NCBI GenBank assembly: GCA_017302575.1
Contig: JAFLDD010000001.1
Coordinates: 777,988-841,987, forward strand
Reading direction: 5' to 3'
DNA from: Alphaproteobacteria bacterium
GTDB taxonomy: Bacteria > Pseudomonadota > Alphaproteobacteria > Rickettsiales > UBA3002
DNA: 64,000 nt
In this document: positions 9,692 through 18,961 of the stretch, piece after piece
How positions within the stretch are numbered: the first letter of the stretch is position 1
Layout of the letters: every line of letters starts with the position of its first letter
The notes under the pieces: model-generated
What the model saw: the letters and a program-made list of their open reading frames with translations, nothing else
What the model was told of the DNA's origin: nothing
Databases searched by the model: none
Made by a program: the position numbers and the translations under genes

Positions 9692-11530
9692 TTATAGGCG
9701 GTCGGTTAAATCTACCGTATTTATGAGTTCAGGCAGGTCTATCTCGCCTTGTAAGACCTTGGCGATGCCATCTTGCACCATGGCGATGAAACCATGCTCC
9801 ATTGCATATTCCAGCATTTGATTACGGGTAGCGTGGGTGGCGATCAATTCATCCATACCCTTATCGATGCGCAGAATCTCGACCACGGCGGTACGGCCCT
9901 TATAGCCCTTAAAGCCACATTTTTCGCAGCCCACCGCGTCATAGACAACAGGCGGCTTCGCTGGGTCTGCGAGCATTAATTTGCACTCGTCAGGGTTGGC
10001 TTGTCGGGGCTTTTTACAATTATCGCACAGTTTTCGCGCCAGTCGCTGCGCAATGGTGCAAATGAGCGAACCAGCCAATAAGTGGGCGGGAATACCAATA
10101 TCGCCAAGACGCGGAATAGCGCCCAGCGCGTCGTTCGTGTGCAGCGTCGTATATACTTGGTGACCTGTTAGTGCCGCGCGTACCGCCATGATGGCAGTTT
10201 CTTCGTCACGCACCTCACCCACGAAGATAATGTCGGGATCTTGACGCATAAGTGATTTAATACCCGACTGGAAATCGATAGACCCCTCACGGACGCTGGT
10301 TTGGCGAATCATCGGCAATTGGTATTCCACGGGATCTTCAAGCGTCATGATGTTGACATCAATCGAGTTGATGTAGCTCAGGATCGAATAAAGCGTGGTG
10401 GTTTTACCCGAACCCGTAGGACCAGTGACCACGATAATACCTTCTGGCCTCAAGATACATTTCTTGAGCAGATTCAAGTTATGCTGGGAGAACCCCAGAT
10501 CCGTTAATGGCACAAGGGCTTTGGATTTATCCAGAATACGCAGCACCACGTTCTCGCCATGCACCGTAGGCTGGGTAGCGACACGAAAGTCAACATCACG
10601 GCCCAAGGCGGTAAGACTGATGCGACCGTCTTGCGGGTTACGCGTTTCCGCAATGTTCATGCCCGCCATAATTTTAAGGCGCACCAGCATGGCCGGCCAA
10701 TAATCGCGGTGGAAACTGCGAATTTGCTGTAGCGCGCCGTCGATACGGTAACGCAAGCGCAGGAAGCTTCCCTCAGGCTCGAAGTGAATATCCGAAACGC
10801 CCTGCTTGATCGCGTCGACCAGCAAGGCATTCACGAGGCGTACCGTTGGGTTGATGTAGCCATCCTCGCGTCCATCCAGCAACGATTTTTCACGGATACC
10901 TGTTTCAATCTCGCGCAGAATGCCATCAATCGACATTTCGTAATTGTAGTAGCGATCAATCAGGTCACTGACTTCGCTCTCAGTCGCATAAAGTGGCGTG
11001 ATCTTCGCGTTTTTATCCAAATGGCGGCGCACTTGATCGAGCGCAAGTACGTTATACACGTCCACCATCGCGATTTTAATGGAGCCACCCTCTTGCGAGA
11101 TGGGAATAATTTTATTGCGGACACACACGTCACGCGGGATTAATTCCAGCAGCGTCGTATCCAGCATGGTAGCTTTGGGGTCAAACTTCTCGGCACCCGT
11201 TGATTCCGCCAACACCTCGCCCAGCGCCGACTCGGTGATGAAGCTCATGCTGACGAGGATATTGCCCAGCAGCTTTTTCGATTTCGCCTGCTCGCGCAGC
11301 GCGATTTCCAATTGATCTTTGGAAATCAAGCCCATGGTAATGAGGCGTTCACCAATACGCACCGATTTAGCAGGACCAGCTTTACCTAGTCCGCTTTCGC
11401 CTGGGCTTGCAGCAGGCGCGGCTGCAGCAGTCGGCGCTGGCGCACCCCCTGCCGACGCAGCAGGTGCCGCCTTGGAAGATTTTCCCACAGAGAGAAAATC
11501 ATCATCGCCAGAAGGTGGTGATGTAGTCAT
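9692..11530 (-). CDS. pilB: Type IV pilus assembly ATPase PilB (GspE family)
   Basis: T2SSE_N-like segment (RIGERLITMGLISKDQLEIALREQ), Walker A GPTGSGKTT, VGEVRD and GHQVYTTLHT. Tetracysteine motif CDNC...CEKC. There is an extra ~55-aa A/P-rich N-terminal extension. Confidence 0.9.
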   Translation of the reverse strand: MTTSPPSGDDDFLSVGKSSKAAPAASAGGAPAPTAAAAPAASPGESGLGKAGPAKSVRIGERLITMGLISKDQLEIALREQAKSKKLLGNILVSMSFITESALGEVLAESTGAEKFDPKATMLDTTLLELIPRDVCVRNKIIPISQEGGSIKIAMVDVYNVLALDQVRRHLDKNAKITPLYATESEVSDLIDRYYNYEMSIDGILREIETGIREKSLLDGREDGYINPTVRLVNALLVDAIKQGVSDIHFEPEGSFLRLRYRIDGALQQIRSFHRDYWPAMLVRLKIMAGMNIAETRNPQDGRISLTALGRDVDFRVATQPTVHGENVVLRILDKSKALVPLTDLGFSQHNLNLLKKCILRPEGIIVVTGPTGSGKTTTLYSILSYINSIDVNIMTLEDPVEYQLPMIRQTSVREGSIDFQSGIKSLMRQDPDIIFVGEVRDEETAIMAVRAALTGHQVYTTLHTNDALGAIPRLGDIGIPAHLLAGSLICTIAQRLARKLCDNCKKPRQANPDECKLMLADPAKPPVVYDAVGCEKCGFKGYKGRTAVVEILRIDKGMDELIATHATRNQMLEYAMEHGFIAMVQDGIAKVLQGEIDLPELINTVDLTDRL

Positions 11531-11715
11531 GCGTGACAGGTTCCCCGTTCATGCGAATCGGTGATGGTGATATCCATTCAGCCATAGCAGCAAACTTGTG
11601 CCGTGAGTGCAAGAGATTCCTGCAACTTTTCCAAAGACTTGAAGAATTGTTAAGAAGTCGTGCATAACTGTCGCAGTTACTTGCGCTAAGACCCTAGGAA
11701 CGCTATAGAGCGGCC

Positions 11716-11859
11716 ATGCAACAACCTGATTTGGAATTCTTCGTCACAACCGCCTATACGGTGACATTCATCACTGTGTTGCTGCTGGTTGTATCCAGCC
11801 TATTACGCGCGCGGCGCGCCAAACGCACCCTCGCGCATCTGGAACGCGATGAAGCCTAA
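11716..11859 (+). CDS. ccmD: Heme exporter protein CcmD (47 aa, below the ORF-track cutoff)
   Basis: Hand translation gives MQQPDLEFFVTTAYTVTFITVLLLVVSSLLRARRAKRTLAHLERDEA. It has one TM segment followed by RARR, the usual CcmD pattern. The 3' end overlaps the ccmE ATG (11849). Confidence 0.7.
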   Translation: MQQPDLEFFVTTAYTVTFITVLLLVVSSLLRARRAKRTLAHLERDEA

Positions 11860-12292
11860 ACACCAACGCATGATTTTTCTGGCAGTGAGCATCGCTATCA
11901 TGGTGGCTGCTAGCAGTGTGATTCTCTATACGTTTCGTGAAAATCTGGTGTTTTTCTTCACCCCGACCCAGCTTTACGCAAAAATCGGTGAAGGACGCTT
12001 CAACCCAAAACAGGAAATGCGTTTGGGAGGGCTTGTAAAAGCAGGTAGTATTATCGAGCGTGAGGACGGCAGCATACGCTTCACGGTGACTGATTTAACG
12101 CGCGAGATCGATGTCGAGTATCGCGGATTATTGCCCGCGCTATTTCGCGAAGGGCAAGGTGTAGTGGCGCTTGGCACTCTCCAAGGCAGTCACGTAGTTG
12201 CGCGCGAAATTCTTGCCAAGCATGATGAAAATTACATGCCCAAAGAGGTAGCGGATGCGCTCAAGCAATCTGGCCAGTGGAAACCAGAATGA
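11849..12292 (+). CDS. ccmE: Cytochrome c maturation heme chaperone CcmE
   Basis: ATG at 11849 (MKPKHQRMIFLAV...), a single TM anchor and the heme-binding motif LAKHDENYMPKEV. Confidence 0.9.
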   Translation: MKPKHQRMIFLAVSIAIMVAASSVILYTFRENLVFFFTPTQLYAKIGEGRFNPKQEMRLGGLVKAGSIIEREDGSIRFTVTDLTREIDVEYRGLLPALFREGQGVVALGTLQGSHVVAREILAKHDENYMPKEVADALKQSGQWKPE

Positions 12293-14154
12293 TTCCTGAA
12301 CTTGGACATTTTGCATTGCTGTTAGCCCTTGGCGTGGCCCTGCTTAATACAAGCTCTCCTTTGTTACTGCGCACATCGAACTATCTGGTAAAACCTGCCG
12401 TGACATTGCAGTTCATGCTGGTTTTTGCAGCGTTTTTGGCGCTGGTGCATTGCTATGTCGTCTCAGATTTTTCGGTGGTGAATGTGGTGGAGAACTCGCA
12501 CTCCGCCAAGCCGTTGCTGTATAAAATTACCGGTGTATGGGGCAACCATGAAGGCTCGATGCTGTTGTGGATGCTGGTATTAAGCTTCTTCGGATTTCTG
12601 GTCGCGTTTTTTCGCGCTGAGGATGTTGAGCTCAAGCGCCTCACCCTCCATGTGCATGGATTGGTTTCAGCAGGATTTTTAGCCTTCATCCTTTTTACGT
12701 CAAATCCATTCTGGCGCATTTATCCGCCTGCATTCGAAGGTCAGGATCTAAACCCGCTACTACAAGACATTGGCCTCGCCTTTCACCCGCCGACACTTTA
12801 CGTCGGCTATGTCGGTTACGGAATCGTGTTTGCGTACGCGATTGCAGGGCTGCTGCGTGGAACGATTGACAGTGCGTGGGCACGCGCCGTGAAGCCATGG
12901 CTTGGTATTACATGGGCAGCGCTGACACTTGGCATTGGTGCAGGCAGTTGGTGGGCGTATCGTGAACTAGGTTGGGGTGGCTGGTGGTTTTGGGACCCCG
13001 TTGAAAATGTTTCGCTCATGCCGTGGCTTGCGGGCGGCGCATTGCTGCATGCCAATCTCGTGCTGGAACGCCGCAATCAAATGGGCAAGCTGGTCGTGCT
13101 GCTCGCCATACTTACTTTTAGCCTCAGTCTTATCGGAACGTTTATTGTACGTTCGGGGTTGATCACCTCCGTGCATGCCTTTGCATCCGACCCACTTAGA
13201 GGGCTTTATATTTTGGGCTACATCGTGCTGGTAACGGGTGGTGGCCTCACGCTTTATGCATGGCGGCAATTACCTACATCGGCGCCTATTTCGCTGCTGT
13301 CGCGCACAGGTTTTATTCTGCTGAATAACATTCTGCTTCTCACCGCAGCAGGCACGATTTTATTGGCGACACTCTACCCGTTGATACTTGAATTGTTGGG
13401 ACTGCCGCCTGTTTCGGTTGGCCCTCCCTATTTTAATGCGACGTTCTTACCGCTCACCGCACCGTTACTCGTTCTGTGTGCTGCCGCGCCACTCATGGCA
13501 TGGGACGGCACTACGAAAAAGCAACGCGTTGCACTGCTAAAAGCGGCCGCACTGCCCGTTCTTGGCTGCGCCTGTATTGTGCTGCTGATGTTTCAAGAAG
13601 AGTGGTGGCTGCTGCTTGTCGGATTTAGTTTGAGCGCACTGCTGGTGATGAGTGTCGTGCGCTATGCATCGAGCAACCTCTCGAATATATCGTTGCGTCA
13701 TGTTGCCAGCATCATTGGCCATGCTGGTCTTGCTGTGTTCGCGCTTGCTATCACCGCTACATCGCTTAGCCGCGAAGTATATGAAGTGCCGCGTATTGGC
13801 ACATCTGCCATGCAGTTAGGCGACTATACGGTGACACCTCTTCGCGCCGAGAAAGCACAAGAGCATAATTATGTAACACGCCGTGGTGTGTTTGAGATTC
13901 GCAAAGGTAATAGTACCATTACCCTCGCGCCAGAAATTCGCTATTATCCCGTGCGCGACATGAACACGTCGGAAGCAGCGCTCCATTCAACACCACTACG
14001 CGATATCTATTTAGTGATGGGCGAATCAGGAAAAGATGGGGTGGGCATACGCATGTATGTCACACCGTTGCAGCAGTGGGTTTGGTATGGTTTCGTGCTG
14101 ATTGGCATGAGTGGCGGTCTAAGCTTTATCGCAGGAATCAGGAGGCGCTCATGA
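12289..14154 (+). CDS. ccmF: Cytochrome c-type biogenesis heme lyase subunit CcmF
   Basis: Polytopic membrane protein with the WWD motif WGGWWFWDPVEN. ATGA overlap with ccmE. Confidence 0.9.
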   Translation: MIPELGHFALLLALGVALLNTSSPLLLRTSNYLVKPAVTLQFMLVFAAFLALVHCYVVSDFSVVNVVENSHSAKPLLYKITGVWGNHEGSMLLWMLVLSFFGFLVAFFRAEDVELKRLTLHVHGLVSAGFLAFILFTSNPFWRIYPPAFEGQDLNPLLQDIGLAFHPPTLYVGYVGYGIVFAYAIAGLLRGTIDSAWARAVKPWLGITWAALTLGIGAGSWWAYRELGWGGWWFWDPVENVSLMPWLAGGALLHANLVLERRNQMGKLVVLLAILTFSLSLIGTFIVRSGLITSVHAFASDPLRGLYILGYIVLVTGGGLTLYAWRQLPTSAPISLLSRTGFILLNNILLLTAAGTILLATLYPLILELLGLPPVSVGPPYFNATFLPLTAPLLVLCAAAPLMAWDGTTKKQRVALLKAAALPVLGCACIVLLMFQEEWWLLLVGFSLSALLVMSVVRYASSNLSNISLRHVASIIGHAGLAVFALAITATSLSREVYEVPRIGTSAMQLGDYTVTPLRAEKAQEHNYVTRRGVFEIRKGNSTITLAPEIRYYPVRDMNTSEAALHSTPLRDIYLVMGESGKDGVGIRMYVTPLQQWVWYGFVLIGMSGGLSFIAGIRRRS

Positions 14155-14648
14155 CACGTGCTGTTCCGTTGATAGTGTTCTTAGTGTTCGCTGCAATCGC
14201 TGCCGTGCTGTTGCTGCATAAGAAGCCAGTGGCGGCTGATTTCGCCCCCTACCCTCTACCCACACTTTCGATTGCTGCGCTTCACGATGAAACCGCGCCA
14301 TTCGTGTTGGGCGATGGCACACATCTCATCAATTTCTTTGCATCATGGTGTTTGCCATGCGTTGCAGAACATGCCGAACTCATCGCGCTTAAGAAGCAAT
14401 TTCCGTCTGTCACGTTTCATGGCATTGCATGGAACGACAGCGCCGAGAATATTGATGCAATGCTTGAAAAGCACGGCAAACCCTATGACCACGTCTGGGC
14501 AGATACAAACGGCAAAGCGGCGATTGCACTTGGGTTGCGCGGAGTTCCTGAAACCTTCATCGTGCGTAATGGCCGTGTTATTTATCACCTCTCTGGCGCG
14601 CTTGATGCCAACAACCGCGACGCAGTGGCAAAGGTGCTGCATGAATAA
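14151..14648 (+). CDS. ccmG: Thiol:disulfide interchange protein CcmG/DsbE
   Basis: TM anchor, thioredoxin motif WCLPC and GVPETF. ATGA overlap with ccmF. Confidence 0.85.
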   Translation: MTRAVPLIVFLVFAAIAAVLLLHKKPVAADFAPYPLPTLSIAALHDETAPFVLGDGTHLINFFASWCLPCVAEHAELIALKKQFPSVTFHGIAWNDSAENIDAMLEKHGKPYDHVWADTNGKAAIALGLRGVPETFIVRNGRVIYHLSGALDANNRDAVAKVLHE

Positions 14649-15015
14649 ACTATTCCCCTACATGTTGGCATTGATGCTTGCATGCTCGGCGCATGCCTTT
14701 ACGCCCGAGCCCGCACTCAGTGATGCAACGCAGGAAGCGATTGCACAACGCAGCTTCCACCAATTACGCTGTGTGGTGTGTGACGGGCAATCCCTTGCCG
14801 AGTCGGATGCAACCCTCGCCATTCAAATGCGCAGCGAGATTCGCGCCATGGCAAAGGACGGACAAGCAGAGAAGGTAATTCTCGCATATTTCAAGCAACG
14901 CTATGGCGATAGCATCTTGATGACGCCACCACTAAATCCGCACACCTATGCGTTGTGGGGCGCGCCGCTATTGCTGTTGCTGGTTGGTCTTGCACTCTTA
15001 TGGAGGAAGCGATGA
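14641..15015 (+). CDS. ccmH: Cytochrome c-type biogenesis protein CcmH
   Basis: In-frame ATG at 14641 inside track ORF 14272..15015. Signal peptide MNKLFPYMLALMLACSAHA, LRCVVCDGQSLAES (LRCxxC) motif and a C-terminal TM segment. Confidence 0.85.
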   Translation: MNKLFPYMLALMLACSAHAFTPEPALSDATQEAIAQRSFHQLRCVVCDGQSLAESDATLAIQMRSEIRAMAKDGQAEKVILAYFKQRYGDSILMTPPLNPHTYALWGAPLLLLLVGLALLWRKR

Positions 15016-15185
15016 TTCTGTTCTTCCTCATAGCAACAGCGCTTTCGTTAAGTGTGGCGTGGCTGTTGGTAATGCCCAGTTTATCGGCTGATTTTCCGCG
15101 TTCACACCAATGGAAAACGGTATGTTTTGTATTACTCGCTAGTATTGTGTTTCCGTTCAGTGTCTATTGCTTGGTGACATTCTGA
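15012..15185 (+). CDS. 57-aa two-TM protein, possibly a stand-alone CcmI membrane domain (CcmI-1-like)
   Basis: ATGA overlap with the ccmH stop. MILFFLIATALSLSVAWLLVMPSL resembles the CcmI/CycH N-terminus. There is a second TM segment but no TPR domain. Confidence 0.3.
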   Translation: MILFFLIATALSLSVAWLLVMPSLSADFPRSHQWKTVCFVLLASIVFPFSVYCLVTF

Positions 15186-15192
15186 GGTTTTG

Positions 15193-16461
15193 ATGAGCCC
15201 CTTCTCGTTACTTACAACGCGGCGTTTTGCGCCACATTTCACCTGCATGGCACTAGGTGCATTCAATGACAATTACTATAAAAACGCATTGACGATTCTT
15301 ATCACCTACTCGCTCGCTGATAATGCCCATATCAGCGTAGCGACCTTTATTTCCATCGCGGCGGCGGTTTTTATCTTGCCGTTCTTCCTTTTTTCGGGAG
15401 TGGCGGGATTGCTTGCCGATCGCTACCCCAAGCATCGGCTGATTCGTATTTTGAAAGCCACTGAGTTGGTACTGTTTCTATTCGCGGCACTGGTGTTGAT
15501 TTTCCAGCATGTCTGGCTACTGCTCGTCATGTTGCTGTTGCTTGGTGTGCAGGCAGCCTTCTTTGGCCCCGTGAAATATGCGATCTTGCCTGAGCTTCTA
15601 AAAGAGAATGAATTACTCGCTGGTAATGGCATGGTGGAGGCTGGCACGTTCTTGTGCATTCTGATGGGCACGATTTTAGGCGGTCTCCTGATTTTGGCAC
15701 CGCATGGAACGGAAATTGTTGCCGTCACCATGATTGCGCTTGGTGTTGTGGGTGTCGTTGCGTCACGCTATGTACCCGAAACCGTAGCTGTAAACTCAAG
15801 CCTTCGATTGCGCTTTAATATTTTTGCCACGACACGCGACATGGTGAGCTATGCGTTTCGCACGCCAGAGTTGCTGGTCGCGATTATCGGTATTTCATGG
15901 TTCTGGGCGATTGGTGCGACTTACCTCACCCAACTACCCGTGTTCACCAAACTGGTTGTTGGCGGTAATCAAGAAATTGTGACGCTTTATAATGCTATCT
16001 TCTCTGTTGGTATCGCGATTGGTTCGCTTGCGTGCCATCGCCTGCTCAAAGGCAATGTCTCGTTGAAATTCGCGCCATGGAGTTTGCTGGCCATTACACT
16101 TGCAGGCATCGACTTATATATTGTGTCGCATGTGCTGGAAGCGCCAAGCGAGCCATTCATGGGAGTTGCGCAATATTTCACACGCCTTGCCGATTGGCGC
16201 ATTATGTTTGACTTGAGCGTGATTGCCGTGGCGGGCGGTGTTTTCATTGTGCCACTTTACACCACCTTACAAATACGCGGCGACTCAGCCACCCGCGCGC
16301 GCACGATTGCCAGCAATAACGTGATTAATGCCTTATTTGTTGCCGTCGCTTCATTTGCAGCCGTAGGGTTTTATGCGGCGGGGCTGAATGTTGAGCAAGT
16401 ATTGCTGATTTTTTCATTGCTGAGCTTGCCACTCATCGCATTGCTCTGGCGTTGGCGTTAG
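15193..16461 (+). CDS. lplT: MFS transporter, lysophospholipid transporter LplT-like
   Basis: ~12 TM segments with the N-terminus RRFAPHFTCMALGAFNDNYYKNAL, which is typical of the LplT family. Confidence 0.6.
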   Translation: MSPFSLLTTRRFAPHFTCMALGAFNDNYYKNALTILITYSLADNAHISVATFISIAAAVFILPFFLFSGVAGLLADRYPKHRLIRILKATELVLFLFAALVLIFQHVWLLLVMLLLLGVQAAFFGPVKYAILPELLKENELLAGNGMVEAGTFLCILMGTILGGLLILAPHGTEIVAVTMIALGVVGVVASRYVPETVAVNSSLRLRFNIFATTRDMVSYAFRTPELLVAIIGISWFWAIGATYLTQLPVFTKLVVGGNQEIVTLYNAIFSVGIAIGSLACHRLLKGNVSLKFAPWSLLAITLAGIDLYIVSHVLEAPSEPFMGVAQYFTRLADWRIMFDLSVIAVAGGVFIVPLYTTLQIRGDSATRARTIASNNVINALFVAVASFAAVGFYAAGLNVEQVLLIFSLLSLPLIALLWRWR

Positions 16462-18177
16462 GCCTCGGTTGAAAGCCCTTCCATCAAGGCGTTGATGGAG
16501 TCAAATTTTAGCAAGTCTGCTTGCGCGGAAACACTAATGCCCGCTTGCTGACGTGCGAGCTGCAGTGCATATTGTGTTGTCGTCTGCGTGATATTTGTAT
16601 CTTCCAGTACCGCACGCGCCGCATCAGTGGTGAAGCTGCGATTGCGCAACGTATCCTCAATTATGCCAGCTTGGGTTTGTTTGCTACCTACATAAGCGCG
16701 CATTTCGGTTAAACGCCGCAATGCCTCGCCGGATGAAGGTGATGGCTGCTTGTGCGTCCGCCACCGTGCTCACATTCACGGCTGTGGGATTATCGAACAA
16801 CCCTTCGGTTGATGCATTTACAATGCTGTAATCAAATGTTTTGCCGCTTGAGTCGGTGACGTTAAAGCGCAAAGTCGTTGCGGGTTCATTGTCTGAGGGC
16901 AGATCACGACGATTGAAGAACATTTCTTCACCATCACTGAAGCGCAAGCGCTCGACACTATAGAGGCGATCCGTACCGTCATTTTGGAACGTGCGAAAAT
17001 CACGCACTGAAATGCTGCCATCGCCCATATCGGTAATCTCATAGTCCGAACGTATGCCGCGCAGTTCGACGACATCATTGCCTGCACCACCATAGACGGT
17101 ATCATCACCATCTTGAATCGGCGTATATTCGGTGGCGCTATTGTCGACGATATTGCTGGCAAACATATCACTGTTGACAACTAAGTTCTGACCACCCGCA
17201 TTCTCAAAATAGGTAAGCCTAAAAGTATGTGGCCCCGCCGTGAGTGGGATATTGGCATTGGTAAAACCAAACCCGCGTATGCCTGGAAATTGGCTTAAGC
17301 TTGCGCCATCTATTTGTAAATCAAACCCATCGTCGGAGCCGACGTTGAAGGTGTAGGTGCCGGTCGCAGGCACGTTGATTATGCCTTCGAACACATAAAT
17401 CATGCGGTCTGGTGCTGCTGCCGCAACGGCAGGGTTACTGAGGCTTGCCGCATCCGCTCCCAAGAATGCACCAACAGTGGCACCATTATTATAGTTCAGG
17501 CTGTTCGCAATGAAGGTTGCATCGGGTGGGTTGGCGGCCATATACGCATTCGCCACAGCGAGACTGCCCACCGCAGCTGGGGAAAGATACACGCTGCCTT
17601 GCAAACCTGGTACCACACTACCACCCGCTTTAATCGTGTCGTCACCACCTAGTGCGTAGATGGTATCGTTACCCTCTAAGCCCGATATGGTATCTTGACC
17701 TTGTGTACCAAACATCAAATCAGGATTCGAGGTGCCATTAGTCGCCTGCCCGCGTGGCGCGTAAATCACGTTAATCTTGTCGAACTTCGTGCTTTTTGCT
17801 GTGCGATCCACTTCCGACATGAGCTGCAGTAATTCGGTGTTTAGATAATTGCGGTCCGTATCACTCAGCGCGCCATTCGTTCCGCGCAACGCAAGTTGGT
17901 TGATTCGCTCGATCATACCGCCAATTTGCGCCAGCCCACCATCGGCAATTTGCAGTAAGCTGTTGGCTTGGCCAAGGCTGTTGGCGGCACTACGCATCGC
18001 CGCAAGCCCCGAGCGCAATTGCGCAATCACCGAAACACCCGCGACGTCCTGCCCTGCGGATTGGATGCGGTTGCCGCTCGATAATTGCGCAGTCGATAGC
18101 GCAATTTCGCCATTAGTACGGCGAATGCGCGACGACAACGCACTGAAGCGCGAGGTCAGTGAGAGTAAATCAGTCAT
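16458..18177 (-). pseudogene. Flagellin-like chimeric gene (flagellin N + RTX repeats + PA14 + RTX + flagellin C), split by a 1-nt frameshift near 16729..16736
   Basis: - N-terminus: LSSGNRIQSAGQDVAGVSVIAQL...LLQIADGGLAQIGGMIERINQLALRGTNG (flagellin_N).
- RTX repeats: GLEGNDTIYALGGDDTI and YGGAGNDVV.
- PA14 core: ATGTYTFNVGSDDGFDLQIDGASL...HTFRLTYFENAGG.
- C-terminus sits in a second frame (track ORF 16458..16721): RAYVGSKQTQ...ALQLARQQAGISVSAQADLL (flagellin_C).
- The span is 1720 nt, which is 3n+1. Confidence 0.6.
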
Positions 18178-18191
18178 AACACTGTGCGCAT

Positions 18192-18206
18192 TGCACACAT
18201 CGTGCC
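18192..18206 (-). promoter_or_regulatory. Sigma-54-type -24/-12 motif upstream of the flagellin-like gene
   Basis: Minus strand reads cGGCACGatgtgTGCA, with GG and GC 12 nt apart. It lies only ~15 nt from the ATG at 18177, so the 5' UTR would be nearly absent. Confidence 0.3.
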
Positions 18207-18240
18207 GAATGTTATAAATCAGTAAGTTAGTTGGATTAGA

Positions 18241-18318
18241 TGGGGCGAGTGACGGGGGTCGAACCCGCAACCTTCGGTACCACAAACCGACGCTCTAACC
18301 AGTTGAGCTACACCCGCC
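18241..18318 (-). tRNA. tRNA-His (GUG) with encoded G-1, C73 and 3' CCA
   Basis: Hand fold of GGCGGGTGTAGCTCAACTGGTTAGAGCGTCGGTTTGTGGTACCGAAGGTTGCGGGTTCGACCCCCGTCACTCGCCCCA. Acceptor stem is 7 bp (one G-U) plus G-1:C73. Anticodon loop is TTGTGGT and the T-loop is TTCGACC. Confidence 0.9.
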
Positions 18319-18538
18319 ATATCCCGCGTGGGGAGGCGCTGTTAAACGCGAAGTCCTACGAAAAATCAAGGGCGTTTATCGGCTGTGGGTTCTTGGCGCA
18401 CGTAGCTGCATGGATTCACATCACTATGCCTAAATCCTAGGCAATCTGACTTTTTGTGAGCAATCCTAAGGTAATAAATCAGGTTCAGACATCCTAATTA
18501 CCTATTGAATAAGAATAATAAATTTATTTTTCAGCGTT

Positions 18539-18553
18539 TGGCACAAGGGTTGC
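18539..18553 (+). promoter_or_regulatory. Sigma-54 (RpoN) promoter of glnB-glnA
   Basis: TGGCAC-AAGGG-TTGC matches TGGCAC-N5-TTGC exactly. It is 43 nt upstream of the glnB ATG and preceded by an A/T-rich tract. Confidence 0.6.
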
Positions 18554-18571
18554 GTACTTCACGCGCTCTAA

Positions 18572-18934
<363 letters not shown>

Positions 18935-18961
18935 CACATTTCTAACCCCTAAGGAGTGACT

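Noticed and set aside
9018-9821. A 267-aa plus-strand ORF antisense to pilC/pilB. Similar long antisense ORFs lie at 43912..44379, 45751..46272, 38567..39098, 60684..61181, 61539..62003 and 62739..63446.
   Set aside because: They lie entirely inside strongly supported genes on the other strand (pilC/pilB, topA, gatB, uvrA). Their translations are R/H/F-rich shadow-frame sequence with no motifs.
14272-14640. A long N-terminal extension of the ccmH ORF (the 247-aa track entry).
   Set aside because: This part overlaps ccmG in another frame. A signal peptide and ATGA-type coupling begin at the internal ATG at 14641.
18240-18440. A 66-aa plus-strand ORF, and the upstream 36 codons of the 533-aa minus ORF (18178..18285).
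   Set aside because: Both run across the tRNA-His gene. The flagellin-like protein aligns to flagellin N-termini from the ATG at 18177.
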